The notes under the pieces are model-generated. The model was given only the letters and a program-made list of their open reading frames with translations, was not told the origin of the DNA and searched no databases. A program made the translations under genes and the position numbers. From Candidatus Bipolaricaulota bacterium (GTDB lineage: Bacteria; Bipolaricaulota; Bipolaricaulia; UBA7950; UBA9294), in assembly GCA_026390315.1 (NCBI GenBank), contig JAPLGE010000061.1, positions 1-40,920 on the forward strand: DNA of 40,920 nucleotides. The letters are read 5' to 3'. The stretch's first letter is position 1. Each line of letters opens with the position of its first letter. Positions 9,858 through 19,053 of the stretch are shown one piece after another.

Positions 9858-10838
9858 ATGGAGAACGCAAGAAGGGTCCTCGTGACGGGGGCAGTCGGGC
9901 AGATCGGATCGGAGTTGACTCCGGCGCTCCGCGCGCGCTACGGGAACGAGAACGTCGTCGCGGCAGGGCATCGAACGAAACCGTCCGCCGCCTTGCGGGA
10001 GGCGGGCCCGTTCGAGACGGTGGACGTCACGGTCCGCGCCGATCTCGAGCGCGTGGTCGACCACTACGCGATCGACACGGTCTACCACCTGGCGGCGATC
10101 CTCTCCGCGACGGGCGAAAGGAGCCCGGGGCTCGCCTGGAGCGTGAACATGGGCGGGCTGTACAACGTCCTCGAAGTGGCTCGAGAACGGAAGCTGAGAC
10201 AGGTGTTCGTGCCGAGCTCTATCGCCGCCTTCGGCCCGGAGACCCCGCGAGAGCGGACCCCCCAGGAGACCGTCCTCCGTCCGAGAACGATCTACGGGGT
10301 GACAAAGGTCGCGGGCGAACTCCTCGGCGACTACTACGTCCGCCGCTACGGCCTCGACGTTCGGGGGCTACGCTACCCGGGAATCATCTCGAGCGAGACG
10401 CCACCTTCTGGCGGAACGACTGACTACGCGGTCGAGATCTTCTACGCGGCCGTCGAAGGGAAGCGCTACACCTGCTTTCTCCGCGAGGACACGGTCCTGC
10501 CCATGATGTACATGCCTGACTGCATCAAGGCGACGCTCGACCTGATGGAGGCTGACCCCGCGGGGCTCCGCCACCGCTGCGACTTCAACGTCGCCGCGAT
10601 GAGCTTCTCGGCCGAGGAGCTCGCTCTAGAGATCCAAAAGCACGTCCCCAGCTTCGTCTGTGACTACCGGCCGGACTCCCGACAGGCGATCGCCGACTCC
10701 TGGCCCCAGACGATCGACGATCGAGCGGCACGCGCGGAGTGGGGATGGAAGGCGACCTTCGACCTTGAGGCCATGACGGCCGACATGCTGGTACATCTTG
10801 GCGCCAGATACAAGAAAGGGACGCTCTGGCCGCGCTAG
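9858..10838 (+). CDS. tdh: L-threonine 3-dehydrogenase, NAD-dependent short-chain (epimerase/dehydratase-fold) type
   Basis: Rossmann motif VLVTGAVGQIGSEL, catalytic YGVTKVAGE (YxxxK), and FNVAAMSFSAEELA... resembling the SDR-type TDH family. Divergent pairing with kbl supports the call. The real gene is the 3' third of ORF 8484..10838. Confidence 0.85.
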   Translation: MENARRVLVTGAVGQIGSELTPALRARYGNENVVAAGHRTKPSAALREAGPFETVDVTVRADLERVVDHYAIDTVYHLAAILSATGERSPGLAWSVNMGGLYNVLEVARERKLRQVFVPSSIAAFGPETPRERTPQETVLRPRTIYGVTKVAGELLGDYYVRRYGLDVRGLRYPGIISSETPPSGGTTDYAVEIFYAAVEGKRYTCFLREDTVLPMMYMPDCIKATLDLMEADPAGLRHRCDFNVAAMSFSAEELALEIQKHVPSFVCDYRPDSRQAIADSWPQTIDDRAARAEWGWKATFDLEAMTADMLVHLGARYKKGTLWPR

Positions 10839-10853
10839 CGTAGAGGAGCGGGG

Positions 10854-11204
10854 CTAGACGAGCATCAGGCGCGCCTGTTCGGCGCCGTCTCCTCGGCGTG
10901 GCCCCAGCTTCACCACGCGGGTGTACCCACCCGCGCGGTCCTTGTACTTGGGGCCGATCTCCTGGAAGAGCTTGTCCACCGCCTCCTTGTCCCGCAGGCG
11001 GGAGAAGACGATCCGACGGGCGTGCAGGTCGCCCCGCCGCGCCAAGGTAATCACCCGCTCGGCGAAGCGCTGCCCCGCCTTGGCGCGATCCAGAGTCGTG
11101 TCGACCTTGCTGTTCAGGATGAGGCCCTTGGTCACATTCACCAACGCGTTGTCGCGCTGTCCCTTGACCATGCCTAGTCTCTCAACGTCTCGTCTATGCC
11201 TCAT
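10854..11204 (-). CDS. rplQ: 50S ribosomal protein L17
   Basis: MRHRRDVERLG...GGYTRVVKLGPRRGDGAEQARLMLV. ATG 11204 gives the canonical MRH start with GGTGAGG 6 nt upstream, and overlaps the rpoA 3' end by 11 nt. Confidence 0.93.
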   Translation of the reverse strand: MRHRRDVERLGMVKGQRDNALVNVTKGLILNSKVDTTLDRAKAGQRFAERVITLARRGDLHARRIVFSRLRDKEAVDKLFQEIGPKYKDRAGGYTRVVKLGPRRGDGAEQARLMLV

Positions 11205-12153
11205 TGCGAACCTCACCTTCTCCCTTGAGCGAGTAGCCGAGTTCCCTCAGCCGGTCTTCCACCTTGCTCAGGGTTTTCACGCCGAATCCATGGATGTCCA
11301 ACAGCTCCTCTCGCGGCCGCGCCAGGAGGTCTCCCAGGGTGATGATCTCCGCCTCCTGCAGCAGGTTGCACGCCCGCTGGTCGATGTTCAGCTCGGAGAG
11401 AGGGATCGCGAGCGTGCTCTCCTCCTCTCCCTTTCCTCCCTCGGCGGCGAGTCCAAACGGGTGCTCCGCGAAGCCGCGGAAGAGATCGAGATGACGCTGC
11501 AAGATCCGCGCCGCCTCCGACAGGGCCTCCTCGGGCTTGATCCCTCCATCCGTCACCAACTCGAGGATCAACCGCTCGTAGCCGGTCTTCCCGCCCACGC
11601 GGGTCTCCTCGACGACGAGGTTCGCCTGCCTTACCGGCGAGAAGTCGGAGTCGATAGGGATGACCGCCAGGGGAGAGTTCTCTAGCTTGTTCATCTCCGC
11701 CGGCCGATACCCGTACCCCGTCTCGACCTCCATCTCCACTTCCAGGCTCCCCTTCTCGTTCAGTGTGGCGATGTGCAAGTCGGGATTGATCACCTCGACT
11801 CCGGGGGGAAGGGAGATGTCCTCCGCCCGAACCTCACGCGGGCCGCTTGCCTCGATGGTGAGCCGTTTCTGCTCGTCCCCGTGAAGGCGCAACGCCAGGG
11901 ATTTGAGGTTCAGGATGATCTCCAGGACGTCTTCTTTGACGCCCTCGATGGTGTCGTACTCGTGGTACTTGCCGGAGAAGTTCACCCGCACGACGGCCGC
12001 TCCGGGGATCGACGAAAGGAGGACGCGGCGGAGGCCGTTGCCAAGCGTGGTCGCGAACCCCCTCTCCAGGGGTTCGATCACGATCTTGCCGTACGTCGCG
12101 GTCAGTTCCTCGACTCGGATTTCCCGAGGAAAGACGAGCTCGTCCAAGCCCAC
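11194..12153 (-). CDS. rpoA: DNA-directed RNA polymerase subunit alpha
   Basis: 319 aa. N-terminal domain (IEPLERGFATTLGNGLRRVLLSSIPG) plus C-terminal domain (LSELNIDQRACNLLQEAEIITLGDL). Confidence 0.96.
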   Translation of the reverse strand: MGLDELVFPREIRVEELTATYGKIVIEPLERGFATTLGNGLRRVLLSSIPGAAVVRVNFSGKYHEYDTIEGVKEDVLEIILNLKSLALRLHGDEQKRLTIEASGPREVRAEDISLPPGVEVINPDLHIATLNEKGSLEVEMEVETGYGYRPAEMNKLENSPLAVIPIDSDFSPVRQANLVVEETRVGGKTGYERLILELVTDGGIKPEEALSEAARILQRHLDLFRGFAEHPFGLAAEGGKGEEESTLAIPLSELNIDQRACNLLQEAEIITLGDLLARPREELLDIHGFGVKTLSKVEDRLRELGYSLKGEGEVRNEA

Positions 12154-12156
12154 CTC

Positions 12157-12780
12157 CTAGCGCGAGTAGAACTCTACGATCAGGTTCGCGGCGATGGCGA
12201 GGCCGGTCTCCTCGAGCTTCGGGGCAGCGATCACCTGGAATCTGGCTTGCTCGGCGTTCTTCTCCAGCCAGCTCGGGACCTCGCGGTCCTTGTTTGCCTC
12301 CAGGATCCCCTTCACTCGCCCGCGGCGACCCTCCTTGACCTGCACGATGTCGCTCTCCTTCAAGAGGATCGACGGGATGTTCGCCGCCCGCCCGTTCAAC
12401 TGGAAGTGGCCGTGCGTGATCATCTGACGAGCTTGCACTCGCGATGACGCGAGTCCGGCCCGATAGACCGCGTTGTCAAAGCGCTGCTCCAGGACAGTCA
12501 GCAGCGCCTCTCCGGTCGCTCCCTTCTTCTGCTTGGCCTGTTCCACGTAGATGCGGAACTGCCGCTCCCCCAGCCCGTAGATCCGGCGTGCCTTCTGCTT
12601 CTCGCGCAGGTGAAGAAGATACTGGCTCCTTCGCGGGCGGTGCTTCTTCGCGCGCTCGCCCGGAGGGGTGTTTCGCCGGGAGACGCCGCAGCTCGGCGTA
12701 TAGCAACGCTCCCCTTTCAGGAACAGTTTCCCGCCTTCTCTACGACACTGTCGGCATTTCGGACCCGTCTCTCGTCCCAT
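12157..12780 (-). CDS. rpsD: 30S ribosomal protein S4 (Cys4 zinc-finger form)
   Basis: GPKCRQCRREGGKLFLKGERCYTPSC, then the S4 RNA-binding domain (LDNAVYRAGLASSRVQARQMITHGHFQLNG). The ATG shares one nt with the rpsK TAA (TAATG). Confidence 0.96.
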   Translation of the reverse strand: MGRETGPKCRQCRREGGKLFLKGERCYTPSCGVSRRNTPPGERAKKHRPRRSQYLLHLREKQKARRIYGLGERQFRIYVEQAKQKKGATGEALLTVLEQRFDNAVYRAGLASSRVQARQMITHGHFQLNGRAANIPSILLKESDIVQVKEGRRGRVKGILEANKDREVPSWLEKNAEQARFQVIAAPKLEETGLAIAANLIVEFYSR

Positions 12781-13130
12781 TATCGTGTCCCCTTCGTGCT
12801 GCTGTGGGCCACCGGGGTGACGTTCTTGACTTCATCGACCCGGATTCCTGATCCCTTGATCGTCTGGATCACCGACTGCCGCCCGGAACCCGTGCCGTTC
12901 ACCGTCACGATCACCGAGCGGATTCCGTAGTCCTTCATCTCGCGAGTCAAAGACTCGGCCGCAATCTGCGCGGCGTAGGGAGTCCCCTTACGCGACCCCT
13001 TGTACCCCACCACACCAGGGCTCTTCCAGGTGATGGGGTGGCCGGTGAGATCGGTCAGCGTAATGATCGTGTTGTTGAACGTGGCGTGGATGTGGACGCG
13101 CGCTCGTTCCAGCTTGATGTTCTTCGCCAT
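12780..13130 (-). CDS. rpsK: 30S ribosomal protein S11
   Basis: MAKNIKLERARVHIHATFNNTIITLTDLTGHPITWKSPG...GSRKGTPYAAQ. Start trimmed to ATG 13130, 2 nt after the rpsM stop. The C-terminal tail is atypical (see findings). Confidence 0.94.
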   Translation of the reverse strand: MAKNIKLERARVHIHATFNNTIITLTDLTGHPITWKSPGVVGYKGSRKGTPYAAQIAAESLTREMKDYGIRSVIVTVNGTGSGRQSVIQTIKGSGIRVDEVKNVTPVAHSSTKGTR

Positions 13131-13132
13131 CC

Positions 13133-13498
13133 CTACCTCTTCTTCCCGGCCTTGGAGGCCCGTGGTCCCTTCCAAGTGCGCGCGTTCGAGCGCGTCCGCT
13201 GTCCCCGCACCGGCAGCCGCCGCTTGTGGCGGATCCCGCGGTAGGCGTTGATGTCCTTCAGCCGCTGAATGCTCGCGTAGACCTGCCGGCGAAGGTCGCC
13301 CTCGACCACATGCTGCTCCACCTCGCGGCGCAGGATCGCGACCTCCTGCTCAGTCAGGTCTTTGACCCGCACGTCCGGGGAGACTCCCGTCTTCTCGACG
13401 ATCTCCACCGCCCGCGACCGGCCGATCCCATAGATGTAGGTCAGCGCAATCTCGATCCTCTTGTCGTTGGGCAGATTGACCCCTGCGATTCGCGCCAT
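13133..13498 (-). CDS. rpsM: 30S ribosomal protein S13
   Basis: [30 protein letters not shown]... Confidence 0.96.
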   Translation of the reverse strand: MARIAGVNLPNDKRIEIALTYIYGIGRSRAVEIVEKTGVSPDVRVKDLTEQEVAILRREVEQHVVEGDLRRQVYASIQRLKDINAYRGIRHKRRLPVRGQRTRSNARTWKGPRASKAGKKR

Positions 13499-13508
13499 GC
13501 CCCTCCCC

Positions 13509-13622
13509 CTAGCCTTGCCTCTGCTTGTGCTTCGGGTTCCGGCAGATGACCATCAGCCGCCCTTCTCGCCGGATGATCTTGCACTTCGGGCAGATTTTCT
13601 TAGCAGAACTTCGTACTTTCAT
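13509..13622 (-). CDS. rpmJ: 50S ribosomal protein L36 (zinc-binding C-x2-C-x12-C-x4-H form)
   Basis: Absent from the ORF track because it is under 60 aa. Hand translation of the minus strand gives [37 protein letters not shown], with ATG at 13622 and TAG at 13511-13509. Confidence 0.93.
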   Translation of the reverse strand: MKVRSSAKKICPKCKIIRREGRLMVICRNPKHKQRQG

Positions 13623-13639
13623 CTTCTACCGACGCGTGG

Positions 13640-13882
13640 CTAGCTCTCCCGATAGACGATCCGTCCTTGGGTCAGATCGTAGGGTGAGAACTCCACGATC
13701 ACGCGGTCGCCCGTCAGGATGCGAATGTAGTTCTTGCGGATCCGCCCGGATATGTGGCAAAGGACCACATGATCGTTCGCGAACTTCACGCGGAACATCG
13801 AGTTCGGCAGACTCTCGATGACCTCGCCTCGCTGACGGATCACTTCCGGCTTCTTCTGCGCGTGATCACCGGGTTTGGCCAC
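13640..13882 (-). CDS. infA: translation initiation factor IF-1
   Basis: ...[60 protein letters not shown]. The start is uncertain. GTG 13882 gives a canonical MAK... N-terminus. GTG 13897 is the longest option but touches the SD. Either start overlaps the map 3' end. Confidence 0.9.
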   Translation of the reverse strand: MAKPGDHAQKKPEVIRQRGEVIESLPNSMFRVKFANDHVVLCHISGRIRKNYIRILTGDRVIVEFSPYDLTQGRIVYRES

Positions 13883-14645
13883 TACGTCTTCCGTCACCTC
13901 CTTGCGTCACCACGTCGACTCCCGTCTCAGTCAAGACAATCGTATGTTCAAAATGTGCTGCCAGGCCCCCGTTCCCCGTCACCACGGTCCACCGATCGTC
14001 CAGAACCCGCGTCGGTTCGGGATCGGTCTTGACCATTGGCTCAATCGCTAGGACCATTCCAGCCTGCAGCCGAGGCCCGCGCCCCGGCCGGCCATAGTTT
14101 GGAATCTGGGGATCCTCGTGTAGCTGTCTCCCTACTCCGTGTCCCACGTACTCCGTCACGACGTACAGCCCCTCGCTCTCGACGTAGGAGCCGATCGCGT
14201 GCGAGACGTCGGACAAGCGAGCTCCGATTGTAGCGCGTTCGATCCCGCGCCACAACCCCTCCTCCGTCACCCGCAGCAGATGCCGCGCGGATTCGCCGAT
14301 CTTCCCCACCGGAACGGTGGTCGCCACGTCCGCGTACAGCCCGTCGCGCAGGAGCCCGATGTCGATCGAGAGGATGTCTCCCTCTCGCAGATGTCGCCTG
14401 GGCGAAGGGATCCCATGCACGACCTCGTGGTTGATCGAGGTGCAGATCGAGGCAGGATACCCGCGGTAGCCCTTGAACGCCGGCTCGCCTCCCGCCTCGC
14501 GGATCAGCCCCTCGGCGATCTGGTCCAGGGACGCCGTGTCTACGTCCGGGGCGACCTCCGCGCACAGGGACTCCAGGACCCTGGCGAGCCGCTTCCCGTT
14601 CTCTCGCAGGATGCCGATCTCCGACGGGCTCTTGAGCGGGATCAT
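13866..14645 (-). CDS. map: type I methionine aminopeptidase
   Basis: 259 aa. Metal ligands lie in the expected context (HGIPS..., DIGL...[32 protein letters not shown]). Confidence 0.95.
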   Translation of the reverse strand: MIPLKSPSEIGILRENGKRLARVLESLCAEVAPDVDTASLDQIAEGLIREAGGEPAFKGYRGYPASICTSINHEVVHGIPSPRRHLREGDILSIDIGLLRDGLYADVATTVPVGKIGESARHLLRVTEEGLWRGIERATIGARLSDVSHAIGSYVESEGLYVVTEYVGHGVGRQLHEDPQIPNYGRPGRGPRLQAGMVLAIEPMVKTDPEPTRVLDDRWTVVTGNGGLAAHFEHTIVLTETGVDVVTQGGDGRRSGQTR

Positions 14646-15274
14646 CCGTCGAGGAAAGCCAGGATCTCAGAGAGCAACTCGGCCCTCGGCCGGGACCCGT
14701 CGACCTCTCGAAGGACTCCCTTGCGCCGATAGAAGACGACCAGCGGCGAGGTCGCTGCGGTGTAGACGTCATAGCGATTCTCGATGACGTCCGAACGATC
14801 GTCGTCCCGCCGGAAGAGCTCCCCCTCACAGGCATTGCAGCGAGAATCGAGCTGAGGCGGGTCGAAGAGGATGTTGTGGATCTTCCCGCAGCGACGGCAG
14901 ACCCGGCGGGCGGAGAGTCGACGGATCACCTCGTCTCGCGAGAGCGCAATGTTGATCACACGATCGACCGGCGTGATCGCGCCGAGCGCTTCCGCCTGCG
15001 CGACCGTTCGCGGAAAGCCGTCTAGAATGAACCCCGTCCCGCCTCCGACTCGCCCACGCACCATGCCGATCATCAGCCCGTCGGGAACGAGATCGCCGCG
15101 ATCCATGTACTCCTTGGCCTTTCGCCCCAGGGCCGTCCCCCGCGCCACCTCGTCGCGGAGGATATCCCCCGTGGACAGATGCAGGAGTCCTGTCTTCTCA
15201 GCGATCAGCTTGGCCTGCGTTCCCTTTCCAGCGCCGGGGGGACCGAGGAGGACGATCCGTCGCGACGGCATCAC
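14642..15274 (-). CDS. adk: adenylate kinase (Cys4 zinc lid)
   Basis: LLGPPGAGKGTQ P-loop and a CRRCGKIHN...CNACEGEL lid. 4-nt overlaps with secY upstream and map downstream. Confidence 0.96.
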   Translation of the reverse strand: MMPSRRIVLLGPPGAGKGTQAKLIAEKTGLLHLSTGDILRDEVARGTALGRKAKEYMDRGDLVPDGLMIGMVRGRVGGGTGFILDGFPRTVAQAEALGAITPVDRVINIALSRDEVIRRLSARRVCRRCGKIHNILFDPPQLDSRCNACEGELFRRDDDRSDVIENRYDVYTAATSPLVVFYRRKGVLREVDGSRPRAELLSEILAFLDG

Positions 15275-16560
15275 CGCCTCCTTCCCAGAAGGCCTCCGGC
15301 CTTGGTGAGGCTCTCATAGTGACGCATGACGAGGTGAGCCTCGATCTGCATGAGCGTGTCGACTCCCACCCCGACCACGATCAAGAGCGACGTCCCGCCG
15401 ATGAAAAACATCGAGGTCAGACCGCTCGCCGCCGACAGGAGGTACGGGAGGACCGCAACGGCAGCCAGGAAGACCGCGCCGATCAACAGGATCCGGTTCA
15501 AGACAGCCGAAATGTACTCCGCCGTCGGATTCCCCGGCCGCACGCCGGGGATGAACCCTCCCGACTCGCGGACATTCTTCGCCACGTCCTCCGGATCGAA
15601 GACGATCGAGCTGTAGAAGTACGTGAAGAAGAAGATGAGGATCACGTAGGCCAGGATGTAGGCCAGGCCCCCCTCCTTGATGTACGGATAGATCCATTCC
15701 AGCGACGGAAGCCACTGCGTCAGGGTGATCGGCAGCGTCAAGAGGGCGGACGCGAAGATAATCGGGATGACTCCGCCCTGGTTGACACGGATCGGGAGGT
15801 GCGACGTGTGGCCGCCGTAGATCCGTCGCCCAGAGGTTCTCTTGGCGTACTGGATCATGATCTTCCGCTGCCCCTGCTGGACCATCGTCATCGCGCCGAC
15901 CACCACCACGAGCATGACGACGAAGACGAGGCCCCACAGCACGCTGACCGAGCCGGCGGAGATCTCACTGATCATCGACTGAAGCTGCGCCGGGAAGCGG
16001 GAGAGGATGCCGATCATGATCAGCATGCTGATCCCGTTTCCGATCCCGTTCTCCGTCATGCGCTCGCCGAGCCACATCAAGAAGAGCGTGCCGGTCGTCA
16101 GCGCGACGATGGAGCTCACGAAGAACCACGCCCCCCCAGTGGTCAAGCCCCAATTCACGATGAGCATGCTCATCGTCGCGGCTTGGATGATCGCGAGGGC
16201 GAGAGTCGCCCAGCGCGTGTAGGCGGTGATCTTGCGGCGCCCTTCCCGCCCCTGCTGCTGCATCTCCTTCAGCTTCGGGACGACGGCCGTGAGGAGGCTG
16301 AAGATGATCGACGCGTTGATGTAGGGCATCACACCGAGGGCGAATAAGGAGAACCGCTGCAGCGCACCGCCGGTGAACATGTTGAGGAAGTCAAAGATCC
16401 CGCCGCCCTGATTGGCGAAGAAGTTCTTGAGGGCGTCCGCATTGACGCCGGGGACCGCAATGTGGGTCCCCAGACGGAAGACGATGATCGCACCCAGGGT
16501 GAACAGGATCCTCTTGCGGAGTTCCGGGACGCGGAAGAGCTGACTGACCTTCTCCCACAT
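15271..16560 (-). CDS. secY: preprotein translocase subunit SecY
   Basis: MWEKVSQLFRVPELRKRILFTLGAIIVFRLGTHIAVPGV... followed by 10 hydrophobic segments. ATG 16560 lies 2 nt after the rplO stop. The 74-codon ORF-track extension is rejected. Confidence 0.95.
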   Translation of the reverse strand: MWEKVSQLFRVPELRKRILFTLGAIIVFRLGTHIAVPGVNADALKNFFANQGGGIFDFLNMFTGGALQRFSLFALGVMPYINASIIFSLLTAVVPKLKEMQQQGREGRRKITAYTRWATLALAIIQAATMSMLIVNWGLTTGGAWFFVSSIVALTTGTLFLMWLGERMTENGIGNGISMLIMIGILSRFPAQLQSMISEISAGSVSVLWGLVFVVMLVVVVGAMTMVQQGQRKIMIQYAKRTSGRRIYGGHTSHLPIRVNQGGVIPIIFASALLTLPITLTQWLPSLEWIYPYIKEGGLAYILAYVILIFFFTYFYSSIVFDPEDVAKNVRESGGFIPGVRPGNPTAEYISAVLNRILLIGAVFLAAVAVLPYLLSAASGLTSMFFIGGTSLLIVVGVGVDTLMQIEAHLVMRHYESLTKAGGLLGRRR

Positions 16561-16562
16561 GG

Positions 16563-17009
16563 CTACACCGCCTCGGCGCGGCCGCCGGCCTCTTCGATCT
16601 TCCGTTTGGCCTCGCGAGTGAACCGCTTCGCACGCACCGTGAGGGGCTTGGTCAGCTCGCCTCGGCCGAGGATCTTGAGGCAGCCCACTCTCCCCTTCAC
16701 GACGTTCAACTCTCGCAGGCGCTCCAAGGTCACCTCGTCGGCGCTCGAGAACCGGCTTTCGAGGGTGTCGAGATTGACGCAAGCGTAGTCCACCCGATTG
16801 AAGTTGCGAAAGCCGCGCTTAGGGAACCTCATCCAGACGGGAGTCTGCCCGCCCTCGAACCCCGGCCGGACCCCCCCGCCGCTGCGCGAGTTCTGGCCCT
16901 TGGTTCCGCGACCGCTCTCGTGCCCACCGTGCCCGGAGCCGTGCCCGCGCCCCACCCGCTTGGCGCGGTGCTTGCTTCCCGGCGTTGGACGCAGGTCCTC
17001 AAGCCGCAT
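16563..17009 (-). CDS. rplO: 50S ribosomal protein L15
   Basis: [46 protein letters not shown]... Confidence 0.96.
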   Translation of the reverse strand: MRLEDLRPTPGSKHRAKRVGRGHGSGHGGHESGRGTKGQNSRSGGGVRPGFEGGQTPVWMRFPKRGFRNFNRVDYACVNLDTLESRFSSADEVTLERLRELNVVKGRVGCLKILGRGELTKPLTVRAKRFTREAKRKIEEAGGRAEAV

Positions 17010-17499
17010 CGCGAACCTCCTCTGCCCCGACGTGCCGTCCCCGCAGGACTTCCACCTCGTTCTGGCTGCGCAGCTGCGTCAAGCCGGCAATCGCCGCTCG
17101 CGACAGGGTGAGCGGGTTCGTGGTCCCCAGGGACTTCGACAGGATGTCGCGGATCCCCGACAGGCGGCAGATGGCTCCGACGGTGCCCCCGGCGATGATC
17201 CCGGTCCCGGGGTGGGCCGGCTTCAAGAGGACCTTGCCCGCCTTGAACTCCCCAATCACCTCGTGGGGGATCGTCCCACCGTCCAGGCGGACCTGGATCA
17301 GGTTCTTCTTGGCGTCGCGGATCGCCTGTTGGATCGCGCGCGGGATCTCCGTCGTGTTTCCCAGCCCGACGCCGACACGCCCCTTGCCGTCGCCGATCAC
17401 GATGGTCACGCGGAACTTGAGGTTCCGGCCGCCTTTGGTAACCTTGCTGACCCGCCGAATGTCGATAATCTCGTTCGCAAACTCGTCTGTGGTGATCAA
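16999..17499 (-). CDS. rpsE: 30S ribosomal protein S5
   Basis: ...[36 protein letters not shown]... The likely start is in-frame TTG 17499 (LITTDEF), which overlaps the rplR TGA as TTGA and has GGGAGGG upstream. ATG 17523 is the longest alternative. Confidence 0.93.
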   Translation of the reverse strand: MITTDEFANEIIDIRRVSKVTKGGRNLKFRVTIVIGDGKGRVGVGLGNTTEIPRAIQQAIRDAKKNLIQVRLDGGTIPHEVIGEFKAGKVLLKPAHPGTGIIAGGTVGAICRLSGIRDILSKSLGTTNPLTLSRAAIAGLTQLRSQNEVEVLRGRHVGAEEVRDAA

Positions 17500-17867
17500 A
17501 ACTCGAGCCCTCCCTTGCGGCACGCGTCGGCCAGAGAGGCAACGACCCCGTGATAGAGGTAGCCGCCCCGGTCGAAGACGACCGTCTCAATCCCCTGCCC
17601 TTTGGCCCGTTGGGAAAGAAGCTCCCCCACTTTCGCGGCCGCGGGGACGTTGCAGCCGTGGGTCGTCTCGCGCAGCTCTCGGTCGAGCGTGGAGGCCGCT
17701 ACGAGCGTCCTCCCCGACTCGTCGTCGATGAGCTGCGCGTAGACGTGACGAAGACTCTTGGCGACGCACAGACGCGGACGGTCTCCCGTTCCTTGAACCT
17801 TCTTGCGGATGCGCCGATGGCGCTTCACGCGCTCCGCCTGCCGATCGATTCGTGCCATCTCGCTCAC
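17496..17867 (-). CDS. rplR: 50S ribosomal protein L18
   Basis: ...[29 protein letters not shown]...[28 protein letters not shown]. Confidence 0.95.
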   Translation of the reverse strand: MSEMARIDRQAERVKRHRRIRKKVQGTGDRPRLCVAKSLRHVYAQLIDDESGRTLVAASTLDRELRETTHGCNVPAAAKVGELLSQRAKGQGIETVVFDRGGYLYHGVVASLADACRKGGLEF

Positions 17868-17872
17868 GCTCC

Positions 17873-18430
17873 CTAGCTCGCGCTAGCGCTCTGCCCGCCG
17901 AGCTTGCCGGCCTTGTGCGGGACGATTTCGTCCTTGTAGCGGATTCCCTTCCCCTTGTAAGGCTCCGGCTTGCGGAACGCGCGGATCTTCGCCGCCGCCT
18001 GCCCAACGCGCTGCTTGTCAGCGCCGCGAATCACAATCTCCGCTGGGTTGGGAACCTCGATGTCCAACCCCTCTGGTATCTCGAATTCGACGGGCTTGGA
18101 GTACCCAAGGTCGAGGACGAGCGTTTTGCCCTGCAACCTGGCGCGATAGCCGAGTCCCTTCACCACCAAGGCCTTCTCCCAGCGCTGGGCCACGCCGTGG
18201 ACCATGTTGGCGAGGAGGCTCCGGTACAGGCCGTGGAAGGCTCGGTATTCCTTCCCTTCCTGCCGGCGGCTCACCCGGGCGGCTCCGTCGGCGACCGAGA
18301 CCTCCACCATGTCGGACCGATACGACTGCACGAGACGGCCGTGCGGCCCTTCGACCGCGATCGTCGCCGGCCCGACCTCCACTTTGACCCCGGACGGGAT
18401 CTTGACCGGGACCTTACCTACCTTGGACAT
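17873..18430 (-). CDS. rplF: 50S ribosomal protein L6
   Basis: [19 protein letters not shown]...[30 protein letters not shown]... Confidence 0.96.
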   Translation of the reverse strand: MSKVGKVPVKIPSGVKVEVGPATIAVEGPHGRLVQSYRSDMVEVSVADGAARVSRRQEGKEYRAFHGLYRSLLANMVHGVAQRWEKALVVKGLGYRARLQGKTLVLDLGYSKPVEFEIPEGLDIEVPNPAEIVIRGADKQRVGQAAAKIRAFRKPEPYKGKGIRYKDEIVPHKAGKLGGQSASAS

Positions 18431-18441
18431 GAGCCATCACC

Positions 18442-18849
18442 CTACCATACCTCACAGATGACCTCGCCGCCGATGCCGCGGGCCATCGCCTCTTTCCCCG
18501 AGAAGATGCCCTGGGAGGTGGACACGATAGAGATTCCCAGCCCCCGCAATGGCCTTGGAATCCTTTCTTTCCCCGCGTACACCCTCCGGCTCGACCGGCT
18601 CACGAGCCGAATCCTTGTGATCACTCGTTTCGCGCGGCTCCGCTCTCCCTGATACTTCAGCCGGATGCGCAACACCGGCTGAGGATCGTTCGGGATCACC
18701 TCGAAGCCCTCGATGTAGCCTTCCGCTTCCAGGATGCGCGCGATCGCTTCCTTCATCTTGGAGTGCGGCATGGCGACGTCCGCGTGCAACTTGTCGCTCG
18801 CGTTGCGAATGCGCGTCAACATATCGGCAATCGGATCTGCTACCGTCAC
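18442..18849 (-). CDS. rpsH: 30S ribosomal protein S8
   Basis: MTVADPIADMLTRIRNA...GIGGEVICEVW. Confidence 0.96.
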   Translation of the reverse strand: MTVADPIADMLTRIRNASDKLHADVAMPHSKMKEAIARILEAEGYIEGFEVIPNDPQPVLRIRLKYQGERSRAKRVITRIRLVSRSSRRVYAGKERIPRPLRGLGISIVSTSQGIFSGKEAMARGIGGEVICEVW

Positions 18850-18858
18850 GGTCCCTCC

Positions 18859-19044
18859 CTACCAGCTCGCCTTCTTCACGCCGGGGATCTCTCCCTTGTG
18901 GGCCAGGTTGCGGAAGCAGATCCGGCAGATGCCGAAGTCCCGAATGTAGGCGTGGGGACGCCCGCACAACCCGCACCGATGGTATCGTCGCACCGCGTAC
19001 TTGGGATCCTTCTTGCTCTTCAGTATCAGCGCTTTCTTCGCCAT
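18859..19044 (-). CDS. rpsN: 30S ribosomal protein S14, type Z (zinc-binding, 61 aa)
   Basis: [61 protein letters not shown], with CxxC...CxxC. Confidence 0.96.
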   Translation of the reverse strand: MAKKALILKSKKDPKYAVRRYHRCGLCGRPHAYIRDFGICRICFRNLAHKGEIPGVKKASW

Positions 19045-19053
19045 GACGCCTCC

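Noticed and set aside
10801-10835. Hairpin GCGCCAGA...TCTGGC(C)GCGC as a bidirectional terminator between tdh and rplQ
   Set aside because: It lies entirely inside the tdh coding sequence, has a 16-nt loop and a bulge, and lacks flanking U/A tracts. The evidence is too weak to call.
8484-10838. 784-aa plus-strand ORF spanning the kbl region and tdh
   Set aside because: Its first ~458 codons are antisense to ridA and kbl and translate to Arg/Pro/Gly/Asp-rich sequence unlike any protein. Only the last 326 codons (from ATG 9858) look like a real protein (tdh). Long spurious ORFs are expected at this GC content.
15271-16782. N-terminal extensions in the ORF track (secY to 16782, rplB to 23525, fusA to 27466, rpsL to 28372, rplE to 19671, dipeptidase to 8344, kbl to 9806, cca to 38643, HerA-like to 37038, topA to 5697)
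   Set aside because: The extensions overlap the upstream gene in another frame, are not protein-like, and precede well-conserved canonical N-termini that have their own SD or stop-start coupling. For topA, a good promoter lies inside the extension.
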